From the NCBI RefSeq assembly GCF_028290625.1, contig NZ_JAQGJM010000021.1:253-64252 (forward strand): DNA of 64,000 nucleotides, read 5' to 3'. Position 1 is the stretch's first letter, and every line of letters starts with the position of its first letter. This DNA is from Devosia sp. (GTDB lineage Bacteria; Pseudomonadota; Alphaproteobacteria; Rhizobiales; Devosiaceae). The translations under genes and the position numbers were made by a program. The notes beneath the pieces are model-generated. The model was not told the DNA's origin and made no database searches. It saw nothing but the letters and a program-made list of their open reading frames with translations. This document shows positions 46,475 through 56,142 of the stretch, in pieces.

Positions 46475-46502
46475 ATAACGGGTTAAGCGCCAGCAACTAA
46501 AA

Positions 46503-46638
46503 GCCCTCATGGTGAGGTGCGAGCGCTTGCGAGCCTCGAACCACGAGGGCGGGCGCGTTGAACTGTGAGAGCCACCAAAAAATCTTGCCACGACCTCGTG
46601 GTTCGAGGGTCGCTGCGCTCCCGCCTCACCATGAGGAC
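46503..46638. repeat. Inverted-repeat (MITE/REP-like) element, family C, copy 1
   Basis: Arms gccctcatggtgaggtgcgagcgcttgcgagcctcgaaccacgagggc / gccacgacctcgtggttcgagggtcgctgcgctcccgcctcaccatgaggac. Near-identical copy at 46750-46884. Confidence 0.8.
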
Positions 46639-46749
46639 TGCTGTGGGGTTCATCCCTCAATCATTCAGACCGGCGGAGCGAACGCTTCTGGGCACCCATG
46701 CCCTCGGTCCCGCACTTCCGATCTCCTGGAAAGCGAAAGCACTCCCCAA

Positions 46750-46884
46750 GCCCTCATGGTGAGGTGCGAGCGCTTGCGAGCCTCGAACCACGAGGGCGAG
46801 CACACCGAACTGTGGGAGCCACCAAAAATCTTGCCACGTCCTCGTGGTTCGAGGGTCGCTGCGCTCCCGCCTCACCATGAGGAC
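46750..46884. repeat. Inverted-repeat element, family C, copy 2
   Basis: Same arms and central gccaccaaaaatcttgccacg as copy 1. Confidence 0.8.
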
Positions 46885-46961
46885 TACTGCGCAAATGAGG
46901 ACTACTGGGCCTCCTAGTGAGGCCTACTGAACCTAATCAGGACTGGGCCGAGTTGGATTGC

Positions 46962-47264
46962 TCAGGGAACGATTGGTTTGCGCTTTGGCCGGCTAGCAAG
47001 CTCAGGCAGGGCCTCATAGTCATAGGCGATCAGCGCCTCCTTCTTGCGGCGTGACCATTTCTTGATCTGCTGCTCGCGTTCGATCGCGTCGACGATCCGC
47101 TCATAGGTCTCGACGAACACCAGTTTGACCGGGGTGCGCGTCGCGGTGTAGCCGCGCACAAGCCGCTGGTTGTGTTCCCACTCGCGCGCCTCGGGTTCCT
47201 TGCGGGTCAGGCCGACATAGTAGGAGCCATCGGCGCAAAGCAGGATGTAGACGCTGACTTCCAT
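46962..47264 (-). CDS. GIY-YIG nuclease family protein (UPF0213-like)
   Basis: VYILLCADGSYYVGLTRKEPEAREWEHN..YTATRTPVKLVF..REQQIKKWSRRKK shows the GIY-YIG pattern. Confidence 0.88.
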   Translation of the reverse strand: MEVSVYILLCADGSYYVGLTRKEPEAREWEHNQRLVRGYTATRTPVKLVFVETYERIVDAIEREQQIKKWSRRKKEALIAYDYEALPELASRPKRKPIVP

Positions 47265-47309
47265 GATCTGCTCCGCGATAGTGGCATCCTGATGGGCCAG
47301 GGTGGGGTT

Positions 47310-47371
47310 GGCAAGATGGTGCCACGCCCTCGTGGTTCGAGGCTCGCGAGGGCTCGCGCCTCACCATGGGG
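47310..47371. repeat. Family C repeat, solo arm (copy 3)
   Basis: ggcaagatggtgccacgccctcgtggttcgaggctcgcgagggctcgcgcctcaccatggggg matches the right arm of copies 1 and 2. Confidence 0.65.
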
Positions 47372-47513
47372 GCCGATGTGAGATGGTCGCGCGCTGGTTG
47401 CTCGGACGGGCCGATCGCGATGCGCGTCACTCCTCGCCCGCTGCCCGCAATTGCCATGTCAGCGTCGCTCGTCGTACCCATTTCCGACGTTTGATCTTCG
47501 AAGGAGCGACGCC

Positions 47514-47906
47514 ATGGACAGTTTCACCGGCGGATGCCTCTGCGGCGACGTCCGCATCGCGGCGACGGGCCGCCCGTACCGGGTTGGCCTGTGTCACTGT
47601 CTCGATTGCCGCAAGCATCATGGGGCGCTGTTTCATGCGTCGGCGATTTTCCCGCAGGATGCGGTGACGATCACGGGCGAAACTCGCGACTATGAGGGGC
47701 GATTTTTCTGTCCGCGCTGCGGCTCGTCGGTTTTTTCGCGCAGCGCCGACGAAATCGAGGTGAACCTGGGCTCGCTGGATGAACCTAACCAGTTCATGCC
47801 CACCTATGAACTCTGGACCGTGCGTCGCGAGGCCTGGTTGCCGCCGTTTCCGCTTGCGCATCACTATGAGCGGAACCGTGACGGCACGGGGCGTTTTGAG
47901 GACTAG
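47514..47906 (+). CDS. GFA-family (glutathione-dependent formaldehyde-activating/CENP-V-like) protein
   Basis: MDSFTGGCLCGDVRIAATGRPYRVGLCHCLDCRKHHGA and FFCPRCGSSVF are the Zn-binding Cys motifs. Start moved to ATG 47514. Confidence 0.88.
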   Translation: MDSFTGGCLCGDVRIAATGRPYRVGLCHCLDCRKHHGALFHASAIFPQDAVTITGETRDYEGRFFCPRCGSSVFSRSADEIEVNLGSLDEPNQFMPTYELWTVRREAWLPPFPLAHHYERNRDGTGRFED

Positions 47907-47970
47907 GTCACCGTTTGGCCCAGCACAACGACTGAGGCGTTACCGCCCTTCCAGCCAGCCACAATCTCTC

Positions 47971-48086
47971 CCCACCCACCGCCTTCCCGCGGGCTTGACC
48001 CGCCGGCCTCTCGCCACACCGCCGCCGTCATGTGGCCGCCCGCAATGACCCGCGGGTCAAGCCCGCGGGAAGTCCGGTGGTGGGGG
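47971..48086. repeat. REP/MITE-like inverted-repeat element, family A (copy 3 of 3)
   Basis: ccccacccaccgccttcccgcgggcttgacccgccggcc ... gacccgcgggtcaagcccgcgggaagtccggtggtggggg. Confidence 0.75.
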
Positions 48087-48508
48087 AACTCGTGGTGATC
48101 AACCGCAGTCTTACCCCTTTTATCCCCATCCCAAGTTCCTCCCTCATAATCGCCCTCGATATCTCCACAATGGCTGCGGGCTCGCGACGAACGGCCGTGG
48201 AGAGTTTGGTGGGAGGGGAACGCGGTCGCGCGATCCCTGGGCCAGCGCGACGTTCGTTTTCCCAAATTAAGGGAAGGCCACGTTCGGGCGGCCAGAAAAC
48301 CCATCGCATGCGGCGAGATATGTCTCGCTTATCTAAAAAACCATGAGGCACGTCTCGCCGCATGCCGCAGTCTTCCAACCGTCGGCACCAGCCGGGCGGC
48401 GCTTTGGCGTGGCCGCCGTGGACCCCGCCAAAAATGTTACTCCCGCGCTGTCGATTTCCCCGTCTACCGTTCGTCTATAGTGTGCAAACACGTTGAGGAG
48501 CGGGCAAA

Positions 48509-49735
48509 ATGGAAAACCGGTACGGCTGGGTTATCGTGGCGGCGGGGGCGCTGATCACCTGCGTGGCGATGGGGGCGATGTTCGCCCTGCCCGTCTATCT
48601 GCAACCCATGTCGGACGATACCGGCTGGGGCCATGCGGGCATTTCGCTGGCGATGACCTTCGCGTTCATCGTCATGGGCGTGGCCGGCTTCGGCTGGGGC
48701 GCGGTGACCGACCGGATCGGGCCGCGGCCCGTGGTGCTGATCGGCTCGGTCATGCTCGGCGTCGGGCTGTTCGTCGCCAGCCGCGCGCCGAACTTGCTGG
48801 TGTTCCAGATTGCCTATGGCGGGTTGTGCGGCGCCTCGGTGGGCGCGTTTTTCGCCCCGATCATGGCCACCACCCTGGCCTGGTTCGACAAGCACCGCAG
48901 CCTCGCCGTCTCGCTGGTGTCGATCGGCGGCGGCGTCGCCCCGATGGTGGTCACGCCGCTCGCCAGCGTGCTGATCTCCGCCTATGGCTGGCGCAGCGCC
49001 ATGCTGATCGTCGCCATCGGCGTCTGGGCCATTCTGATCCCCGCCACCTTCCTGATCCGCCGCGCACCGATCGCAATGGCGGCGCCCGTTCCCGCTCCGG
49101 CTGTCGTTTCCGGCGGCCCTGCCCCACGCTCCGTGCTGTCGACGACCTTGCGCTCGCCCCAGTTCATCGTCCTCGCGGCAGTGTTCTGCCTGTGCTGCGC
49201 CGCCCATTCGGGGCCGATTTTCCACACCGTCAGCTATGCCATGCTGTGCGGTGCCTCGTCGCTGGCCGCCGCGAGCATCTACAGCGTCGAAGGCGTTGCG
49301 GGGCTGTTCGGCCGGCTGCTGTTCGGGCTCGCGGGCGATCGGCTAGGCGTCAAACGCGTCATCATCGCCGGGCTCCTGCTGCAGGCGGCGGGCATTTACA
49401 CTTACATCTATGTCAGCGAACTGAGCCATTTCTACATGCTGGCCAGCGTACTCGGCATGGCCTATGGCGGCGTCATGCCACTCTATGCGGTGCTGGCACG
49501 CGACTATTTCAAGCCCCAGGTCATGGGCACGGTGCTGGGCGGCATCACCATGATGTCGAGTATCGGCATGGCCATCGGCCCAATCGGCGGCGGCTGGATT
49601 TTCGATACGTTTGGCGATTACCACTGGCTCTATATCGCCTCCGCAGCCATCGGGCTGGGTGCCGCTGCCGTGGCGCTGACCTTCCCAAAGCCCTCGGCGC
49701 CGACCGAGCCGGAGGGCCAACTGGTACCGGCATGA
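48509..49735 (+). CDS. MFS transporter
   Basis: 408 aa with about 12 hydrophobic segments and an MFS loop motif GAVTDRIGPRPVVL. The competing frame 48493..49779 is Arg/Gly/Pro-rich nonsense. Confidence 0.88.
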   Translation: MENRYGWVIVAAGALITCVAMGAMFALPVYLQPMSDDTGWGHAGISLAMTFAFIVMGVAGFGWGAVTDRIGPRPVVLIGSVMLGVGLFVASRAPNLLVFQIAYGGLCGASVGAFFAPIMATTLAWFDKHRSLAVSLVSIGGGVAPMVVTPLASVLISAYGWRSAMLIVAIGVWAILIPATFLIRRAPIAMAAPVPAPAVVSGGPAPRSVLSTTLRSPQFIVLAAVFCLCCAAHSGPIFHTVSYAMLCGASSLAAASIYSVEGVAGLFGRLLFGLAGDRLGVKRVIIAGLLLQAAGIYTYIYVSELSHFYMLASVLGMAYGGVMPLYAVLARDYFKPQVMGTVLGGITMMSSIGMAIGPIGGGWIFDTFGDYHWLYIASAAIGLGAAAVALTFPKPSAPTEPEGQLVPA

Positions 49736-49827
49736 TCAAATCCGCTCAGCCATGCGCAAGACTTGCGCATGGCAAGTAGACTCGGCCCCACGGTCATGCT
49801 TGATGAGGCAAACCACTGGAGTCCGCC

Positions 49828-50205
49828 ATGAAACGTCTTGCCAGCGCCCTGCTCGCCGCCTCAGCCCTCATCGCCTGTGCTGCGCCCGCATTCGCGCAGG
49901 CCGATCCGGTCGAAAGTTATTGCGCCACGCTGGGCGAAGCCGATCATTTTGCTTCGGACGGCTATCCACTGGACAATGCCGCAGCCATCATCCGGCAGGA
50001 TCGCGCCAATTTTCACCAGTTCGGCGTCCGCGATCCGAGCGACGAAAACGACTCGATCTTTGGCCGCAAGGCCAATCGCGCGCGCCTTGAGCAGATGCTG
50101 CGCAACGGCGATATCTCGCGCAGTGCCGAGCGCGCCATCGTCCGCGGCACGCCCGATATCTGCGTCGATGTCTATGACGACTTCATCAACGTGACCCTGC
50201 TCTAG
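49828..50205 (+). CDS. Hypothetical secreted protein
   Basis: Sec signal MKRLASALLAASALIACAAPAFAQA. No family recognised. Confidence 0.6.
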   Translation: MKRLASALLAASALIACAAPAFAQADPVESYCATLGEADHFASDGYPLDNAAAIIRQDRANFHQFGVRDPSDENDSIFGRKANRARLEQMLRNGDISRSAERAIVRGTPDICVDVYDDFINVTLL

Positions 50206-50334
50206 ATACGACGGCAAGTCGCAGAGACGCCCGGCTGGCGGTGAGCTGCCAGCCTCAAGGAAAGGTTGTCCTAAGCCGCTCGATGGGCTAAGGCACCGCG
50301 TCTCACGCACTGCACGAACAGGAACGAACGCATA

Positions 50335-50694
50335 ATGAAGCAGCCCAAGGAAGCCGGTTTCGCCGAACGCCGGAACAATTCCCTCGAGGCCAAGAAGCTG
50401 TTGCTGGAAAAATTCAAGGCGGCGCCCAAGCTCGACGACCCCGAAGTGGCCGCAAAGCGCGCCGAGCGCGAAGCGCTGGCTGCTGCTCGTGAGGCCCGTC
50501 GCGCCGAGCGTGATCGCGCCAATGCCGAAGCCAAGGCCGCCAAGATCCTGGCCGATGCCGCCGATCGTGAAGCCAAGGCCGCCGAAGCCGAGGCCCAGAA
50601 GATCGCCGAAGAGCTGCGCCTGAACATGAGCGAAGAAGAGCGCAAGGCCGAACGCGATCGCCGCTACGCCGCCCGCAAGGCCCGCAAGCGCTAA
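50335..50694 (+). CDS. Conserved hypothetical Lys/Ala/Glu-rich coiled-coil protein
   Basis: MKQPKEAGFAERRNNSLEAKKLLLEKFK followed by charged helical repeats. Family not assigned with certainty. Confidence 0.6.
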   Translation: MKQPKEAGFAERRNNSLEAKKLLLEKFKAAPKLDDPEVAAKRAEREALAAAREARRAERDRANAEAKAAKILADAADREAKAAEAEAQKIAEELRLNMSEEERKAERDRRYAARKARKR

Positions 50695-50714
50695 TAAGCA
50701 AGCAGGAGGTCGCC

Positions 50715-51041
50715 TTGGACAATGCCACTGCCGACCGCCTGCGCAACCTGCTCGATGGCGACCCCCGTATCACCGAAAAGAAGATGTTCGGCGGCATCAC
50801 CTTCCTGATGAATGGCCACATGCTGATCTCGGCCAAGAAGAATGGCCAGATCATGGTCCATGTCGGCGAGGACGATAATGACGAGGCCCTGTCGCGTCCC
50901 GGCGCCAGCCAGATGGTGCATGGCGACAAGATCATGCGCGGCTTCATCTGGGTCGATGCCGACGAGACCGAGGACGACGACACCCTGCGCGGCTGGATCG
51001 CGCTGGCGGAAAAATACGTGCGCACGCAGAAGCCGAAGTAG
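50715..51041 (+). CDS. TfoX/Sxy N-terminal domain protein
   Basis: ITEKKMFGGITFLMNGHMLI and GFIWVD match the TfoX_N pattern. Confidence 0.8.
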   Translation: MDNATADRLRNLLDGDPRITEKKMFGGITFLMNGHMLISAKKNGQIMVHVGEDDNDEALSRPGASQMVHGDKIMRGFIWVDADETEDDDTLRGWIALAEKYVRTQKPK

Positions 51042-51109
51042 AACGCGCTTGACCCGGCCCCTGGGGCTGCCCCGATAAGGCTGACGATCAACCAGCATCG
51101 AGGTGAGTC

Positions 51110-52147
51110 GTGAGCTCTTCTAATCAGTTCCTGAACCCCGCCACCGCCGCGCAGCAGCTTGGCGTTTCCGCCAAGGCCCTGCGGCTTTACGAACAGCGCG
51201 GCCTTGTCACCCCCAGCCGCACGGCTGCGGGATATCGGGCCTATGGCCCCGACGAGATGGCCCGCGCCAGCGAAATCGTGGCCCTCCGTGCGCTCGGCCT
51301 CAGCCTCGCCCAGGTGGCCCGCGTGCTGGCCGGCGATCCGCAAGGCCTCGAGCCGGCGTTGGCGATGCATCAGGCGGCACTCGAAAGCCGCATCCGCGAT
51401 CTGGCCGGAACCGCCGAAAGCGTCCGGCAGCTGCGCGCCGATCTCGCCCAAGGCAAGTCCCCTGCCGCTGGAGAGCTGGCGCGCCTATTGGCCCCGGAGA
51501 GCGAACTTGCCGTTGCCTTCGATCTGCCTTGGCCGTGGGGCGGCGAACGCTTCGAGCTGCGCGATATCCGGCCGCTGAACTACATTATCGGCCCCTTGGG
51601 TAGCGGCAAGACGCGGCTGGCCATGGCGCTGGCTGAGGCCCTGCCCGGTGCCGCTTTCCTGGGTCTCGATCGGCTGGAGCATGGCGGCGCGACGGCACGG
51701 GCGCAATTGCACGCTGATCCTGCCCTCAAGACCCGAGTCGATCAAAGCCTGGCCTGGCTGGTGGACGATGGTGCCACGCGCTCGGATGCCTTGATCGCCC
51801 TGCTGGCCGGCTTGGAATCCGAAAATGCCACTGTCGTAGTGGTCGATACTGTGGAGCAGGGCTTGGATCACGCCACCCAGGAAGCGCTGATCACCCACTT
51901 GCGCAATCGCGCGTCGACCAGTCGGCCGCTGTTCCTGATGACGCGATCCAGTGCGATCCTGGATTTGCCTGCGATAAGCGCCGACGAGGCGGTTATCCTC
52001 TGCCCCGCCAATCACAGCCCGCCGACCCGCGTCGCACCCTATCCCGGCGCGCCCGGCTATGAGGCGGTCGCCACGTGCCTCGCTACTCCCGAAGTGCGTG
52101 CTCGCACTGAGGGCGTCATTGCATGGCGGCCACCACAGGTCGCTTGA
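51110..52147 (+). CDS. MerR-family HTH regulator fused to a P-loop ATPase-like domain
   Basis: MerR HTH AAQQLGVSAKALRLYEQRGLVTPSRTAAGYRAYG. C-terminal Walker A IIGPLGSGKTRLAMA and Walker B-like ATVVVVDTVEQGLD. GTG start. Confidence 0.75.
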   Translation: MSSSNQFLNPATAAQQLGVSAKALRLYEQRGLVTPSRTAAGYRAYGPDEMARASEIVALRALGLSLAQVARVLAGDPQGLEPALAMHQAALESRIRDLAGTAESVRQLRADLAQGKSPAAGELARLLAPESELAVAFDLPWPWGGERFELRDIRPLNYIIGPLGSGKTRLAMALAEALPGAAFLGLDRLEHGGATARAQLHADPALKTRVDQSLAWLVDDGATRSDALIALLAGLESENATVVVVDTVEQGLDHATQEALITHLRNRASTSRPLFLMTRSSAILDLPAISADEAVILCPANHSPPTRVAPYPGAPGYEAVATCLATPEVRARTEGVIAWRPPQVA

Positions 52148-52156
52148 TAGTCGCAG

Positions 52157-52669
52157 TCAACGCCATTCGGACAATTGGCGCCAGATAGACCATTCCCGCC
52201 GCGCATCGTCGACCGCGCGGTGAGCTACCGGGAGCGCGTTGGCCCGCTCGCGCGCCGCGGCGATGCGCTCCGTCACAAGCTTCGCCCCGGCATGCTGGCT
52301 CGCTGTAGCAACGAACGCCTCCTCGGTATCCTTGAGCCGCAACAGATGGCGCGGCCGGCCTGCGGCGCGCAACAGCATGCTGAGCCAATGGCCGTCCCAG
52401 GATGGGGCGCTGGCGTAGACCACATTGCCCGCGAACACCTGGACCAGCCGGGCGCAGACCACATCATGCTCCTCGCCGTCCTGCTCCAATTGCTCGCGCG
52501 AAATGCCATGCACGGCCTGGGCCGTATCGTCCCAATCTGTCCAGTTGGGCGCCGGCCGGATCAAATGCCCTTCTTCCGTACCGTCCTCCAAGACCCAGCC
52601 GACCTCGATCGGATAGCTCTGCTTGTTCAGCGATGAGGCTTCGAAATCGAGGAAGACGTGCATGGTCAC
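52157..52669 (-). CDS. DEDD-family 3'-5' exonuclease
   Basis: Exo I FLDFEAS, Exo II-like WDDTAQAVHGI and Exo III HRAVDDAR motifs. Confidence 0.8.
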   Translation of the reverse strand: MTMHVFLDFEASSLNKQSYPIEVGWVLEDGTEEGHLIRPAPNWTDWDDTAQAVHGISREQLEQDGEEHDVVCARLVQVFAGNVVYASAPSWDGHWLSMLLRAAGRPRHLLRLKDTEEAFVATASQHAGAKLVTERIAAARERANALPVAHRAVDDARREWSIWRQLSEWR

Positions 52670-52703
52670 ACCTTAGCGCTCACCAAACGCGCCGACTACC
52701 CGA

Positions 52704-54203
52704 TCAGCGCTTGACCGGCCGCGACAGCGTGCTCTGTACCGCCTCGTGCCAGCCTGCCAGCTTCTTCTGTCGCGTCTGGTCTGACATTGCGGGCCAATAC
52801 TGCCGCCCGATTTCCCGCCGGCTGGCAAAGCCCTCGGCGTCGGGCCAAACCCCGGCCTTCCAACCCGCAAGCCAGGCTGCACCACGCGCCGTGATTTCCA
52901 GATCGATCGGCCGGTCGACCCCGACCTCGACCACATCGGCGATGAACTGCATGGTCCAGTCCGATGCCACCATGCCGCCGTCGACCCGCAACACGATGTC
53001 CTTGGCGCCACTCCAATCCTTGCGCATGGCGTCCACCAAGTCGCGCGTCTGGTAACCAACCGCCTCCAGGGCCGCCCGGACCAGTTCTGGCCTTCGTGTC
53101 CCGCGTGTCAGCCCATAGATCGCGCCGCGGGCATCATTGTCCCACCAGGGCGCGCCCAGCCCGCTGAAGGCCGGTACCAGATAGATGGGCTGTTCGGGGT
53201 CGGAGGCAATCGCCATGGCATCGCTTTGGCTGGATTGCTCAATAATCCCCAGATCGTCCCGCAGCCATTGCACGGCGCCGCCAACGATAAAGATCACACC
53301 CTCCAAAGCATAGGTTGTGCGGCCGTTGAGCCGATAGGCGATAGTGGACAGCATCCGGCTTTTTGAGCGCACCAGATCGGTTCCGGTATTGAGCAAGGCA
53401 AAGCAGGAAGTTCCATAGGTAGACTTCATCATGCCCGGCAAGAAGCACGCCTGCCCGATCAGCGAGGCCTGCTGGTCGCCAATCACGCCATGGATCGGAA
53501 TGGCCGCGCCCAGCACGCCCGGATCGGTGCTGCCATAGTCGTCGGCGCTATCCTTGACGGTCGGCAGGATATTGGCGGGTATCTCGAAGAGATCCAGCAG
53601 ATCGGCGTCCCACTGATTGGTCTCGATATTGAAGAGCGCAGTCCGACTGGCATTGGTCGCGTCGGTCGCATGCACCCTGCCCCCGGTCAACCGGTAGATC
53701 AGAAAACTGTCGACGGTGCCGAAGGCCAACTCACCGTTCTGGGCCCGCTCGCGTGCGCCTTCGACATTGTCGAGTATCCATTGGGCTTTTGGCCCTGAGA
53801 AATATGGATCGAGGAGCAGGCCAGTCCTACGCGCAAGCATTTCTTCTTTGCCGGACTCACGCAATTTTTCACAGGCGGCTGCGGTGCGACGATCCTGCCA
53901 AACGATGGCGTTGTAGATAGCCTTGCCGGTCGCGCGGTCCCAGATTACCGTGGTTTCGCGCTGGTTGGTGATGCCGATCGCCGCAATATCCTTGGCGGTG
54001 ATCCCCGCCTTGCGCAGCGCCGTTTTGCATGCCCACAGGCAGGTAGCCCAGATTTCCTCGGGAATATGCTCGACCCAGCCGGGCGCGGGATAGTGTTGGG
54101 TGAACTCCATCTTGCCGAGGCCGACGATGGCCTGATCGGTGTCGAAAACGATGGCTCGACTCGAAGTCGTGCCCTGGTCGATGACCAGAATATAGGGTCC
54201 CAT
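52704..54203 (-). CDS. glpK: Glycerol kinase
   Basis: [34 protein letters not shown] and [15 protein letters not shown]. Start moved to Met 54203. Confidence 0.95.
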   Translation of the reverse strand: MGPYILVIDQGTTSSRAIVFDTDQAIVGLGKMEFTQHYPAPGWVEHIPEEIWATCLWACKTALRKAGITAKDIAAIGITNQRETTVIWDRATGKAIYNAIVWQDRRTAAACEKLRESGKEEMLARRTGLLLDPYFSGPKAQWILDNVEGARERAQNGELAFGTVDSFLIYRLTGGRVHATDATNASRTALFNIETNQWDADLLDLFEIPANILPTVKDSADDYGSTDPGVLGAAIPIHGVIGDQQASLIGQACFLPGMMKSTYGTSCFALLNTGTDLVRSKSRMLSTIAYRLNGRTTYALEGVIFIVGGAVQWLRDDLGIIEQSSQSDAMAIASDPEQPIYLVPAFSGLGAPWWDNDARGAIYGLTRGTRRPELVRAALEAVGYQTRDLVDAMRKDWSGAKDIVLRVDGGMVASDWTMQFIADVVEVGVDRPIDLEITARGAAWLAGWKAGVWPDAEGFASRREIGRQYWPAMSDQTRQKKLAGWHEAVQSTLSRPVKR

Positions 54204-54369
54204 CGGCGCTGCCCCGTCTTCGATTTGACATTGCACTATTGTTTACTGGCATCACTACCAAAGAATCGTAGTAATGACCGCAAAATGGCATCTGCGGCAA
54301 TGACTTGGCTCTCGTCGTCGCGCAAATGCAATGCTATCACTCCCCTGCATCCAGAAGACCCAGCGTTAA

Positions 54370-56136
54370 ATGGCCAAATCCGAACGGCGGTTGGTCCCGA
54401 TCGTCTCAATTGACGTGGTTGGATTCTCCCGTCTTGTGCAGCACAGCGAATTGCAGACCGTGCGCCTGGTGCGGCGGCTCTACGAGCATTTCGCCGTCGG
54501 CCGGATCGAGGCCATGGGCGGCAAAGTGTTTAAGACGATGGGCGATGGCCTCCTGGCCGAGTTCAACAGTGTCATCGCCGCGGTCGATTGGGTCGCCGCG
54601 GTCCAGAAGGAATTGAACAGCCGCCAGGTGCAGGCGCCGGGCGGGGAAATCCTGCAGGTGCGCGCCGGCATCGTGATGGCCGATGTGCTGGTGCATGGCG
54701 ACGATCTGTTCGGCAATGGCGTCAACCTGGCGGTCCGGGTCCAGGGCGTGTCCCCGCCCGGCGGCATGGCCGTGACCAAGTGGATGTATGAATACCTGAT
54801 CGGCCAGTCCGACCTGCAGTTCAGCGATATGGGCCCCACCATCCTCAAGAATATTCCCAAGACGGTGCGCATTTTCGTCTGGCACCCGCAGGGTACGAAG
54901 GCGGCCGAAGCCGCGGCCCCGGTGGCGATTCCGTTGCCGGCCTCCAAGCGTCCATCCTTGGTCGTCATGCCGTTCGACAATATGTCCGGCGAGGCCGACC
55001 AGGGCTATTTTGCCGATGCAGTGGTTGAGGAAATCACCGCAACTCTTGCACGGATCAAGGACTTCTTCGTCATCGCCCGCAATTCGGCCTTTGCCTATAA
55101 GGGCCGTTCAGTGGATGTGCGCCAAGTCGGGCGAGAGCTGGGCGTCCGCTATGTGGTCGAAGGCAGCGTCCGCCGGGTTGGGGAGCGCGTGCGCATCACC
55201 GCGCAGTTGGTCGAGACCGAGACCGGCAACCACATCTGGTCCGATAAGGTCGATGGCACGGTGCACGAACTGTTCGATCTGCAGGACACCATGGCCGCGC
55301 TGGTGGCCAGCGCCATCTCGCCCTCGATCCGTCAGGCCGAGATTGACCTGGCCCGCTCCAAGCGCCCCGATACCCTGGCGGCCTATGACCTGGTGATGCG
55401 CGCCATGCCGCACCTGTGGTCGCACCTGCCGCATGAGAACCGCGAGGCGATCACCTTGCTCGATCAGGCGCTGGCGCTGGAGCCGAGCTATGGTCTCGCG
55501 GCAGCGCTGGCCGCCTGGGCCCATGGCCAGCAGGTGGCCTATAACTGGACCAGCGATATCGCCGCCGAACGCCTTGAGGCCAAGCGGCTGATCGAGCTGG
55601 CGGCAACCACCGTCGCCGGCGATCCCACCGCGATGACGGCCCTCGCCTCGGCGATGATGCAGACCGGCGGTGACGTCGCCCAGGCCACGGCTCTGGCCGA
55701 CCGGGCGCTGGCGCTCGACCCCAACCATGCCTGGGCCTGGATGCGCCGTGGCTTCGGCCAGGTTTATCTGGGTAATCCCGAGGACGGGCTGACCGCCTTC
55801 GAGCGGTCGGCACGGTTGAGCCCGCTCGATCCGTTCTCGTTCAACATGTATCTGGGGATGGCCCTGGCCCATTTTGGCGCCGGACGGCCGCAGCAAAGCG
55901 TCGCCTTCGCGCAAAGGGCCCTGGCTGAGCGCCCTGGACTGATCTGGCCCTATCGGGACCTCGCCACTTATTATGCCAATTGGGGTGAGACTGCCGCAGC
56001 GCGCGATGCACTGGAAAAATTCCGCGACGGCCGTACCAATCTGACGCTAGCCTCGGTCAGCGATAGCCTGCGCTTCATGCACCCGGCGCTGCTCAGCCGC
56101 TATATCGGCGGGCTGAAACTGGCTGGGCTGGAGTAG
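54370..56136 (+). CDS. Class III adenylate/guanylate cyclase domain protein with TolB-like and TPR regions
   Basis: IVSIDVVGFSRL..FKTMGDGLLAEF..GIVMADVL..GNGVNLAVRV is a cyclase core. A C-terminal TPR-like helical repeat region follows. Confidence 0.88.
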   Translation: MAKSERRLVPIVSIDVVGFSRLVQHSELQTVRLVRRLYEHFAVGRIEAMGGKVFKTMGDGLLAEFNSVIAAVDWVAAVQKELNSRQVQAPGGEILQVRAGIVMADVLVHGDDLFGNGVNLAVRVQGVSPPGGMAVTKWMYEYLIGQSDLQFSDMGPTILKNIPKTVRIFVWHPQGTKAAEAAAPVAIPLPASKRPSLVVMPFDNMSGEADQGYFADAVVEEITATLARIKDFFVIARNSAFAYKGRSVDVRQVGRELGVRYVVEGSVRRVGERVRITAQLVETETGNHIWSDKVDGTVHELFDLQDTMAALVASAISPSIRQAEIDLARSKRPDTLAAYDLVMRAMPHLWSHLPHENREAITLLDQALALEPSYGLAAALAAWAHGQQVAYNWTSDIAAERLEAKRLIELAATTVAGDPTAMTALASAMMQTGGDVAQATALADRALALDPNHAWAWMRRGFGQVYLGNPEDGLTAFERSARLSPLDPFSFNMYLGMALAHFGAGRPQQSVAFAQRALAERPGLIWPYRDLATYYANWGETAAARDALEKFRDGRTNLTLASVSDSLRFMHPALLSRYIGGLKLAGLE

Positions 56137-56142
56137 ACCTTT

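Larger units (their letters stand above)
38400..46500 (+). mobile_element. Tn7-like transposon (tnsA-tnsB-tnsC-tniQ core plus cargo); boundaries approximate
   Basis: Collinear, overlapping tnsA/tnsB/tnsC/tniQ genes. Tn7-family elements place tnsA next to one end and cargo downstream of the targeting gene. Terminal repeats could not be identified with confidence. Confidence 0.45.

Noticed and set aside
48493-49779. 428-aa alternative frame over the MFS transporter gene, plus antisense 48464..49225
   Set aside because: The translation is Arg/Gly/Pro/His-rich and not membrane-like. Frame 48509..49735 gives 12 hydrophobic segments.
50414-51451. 345-aa minus-strand ORF across the Lys/Ala/Glu-rich gene, tfoX-like gene and MerR start
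   Set aside because: It is antisense to three + strand genes with recognisable motifs, and the translation is low-complexity.
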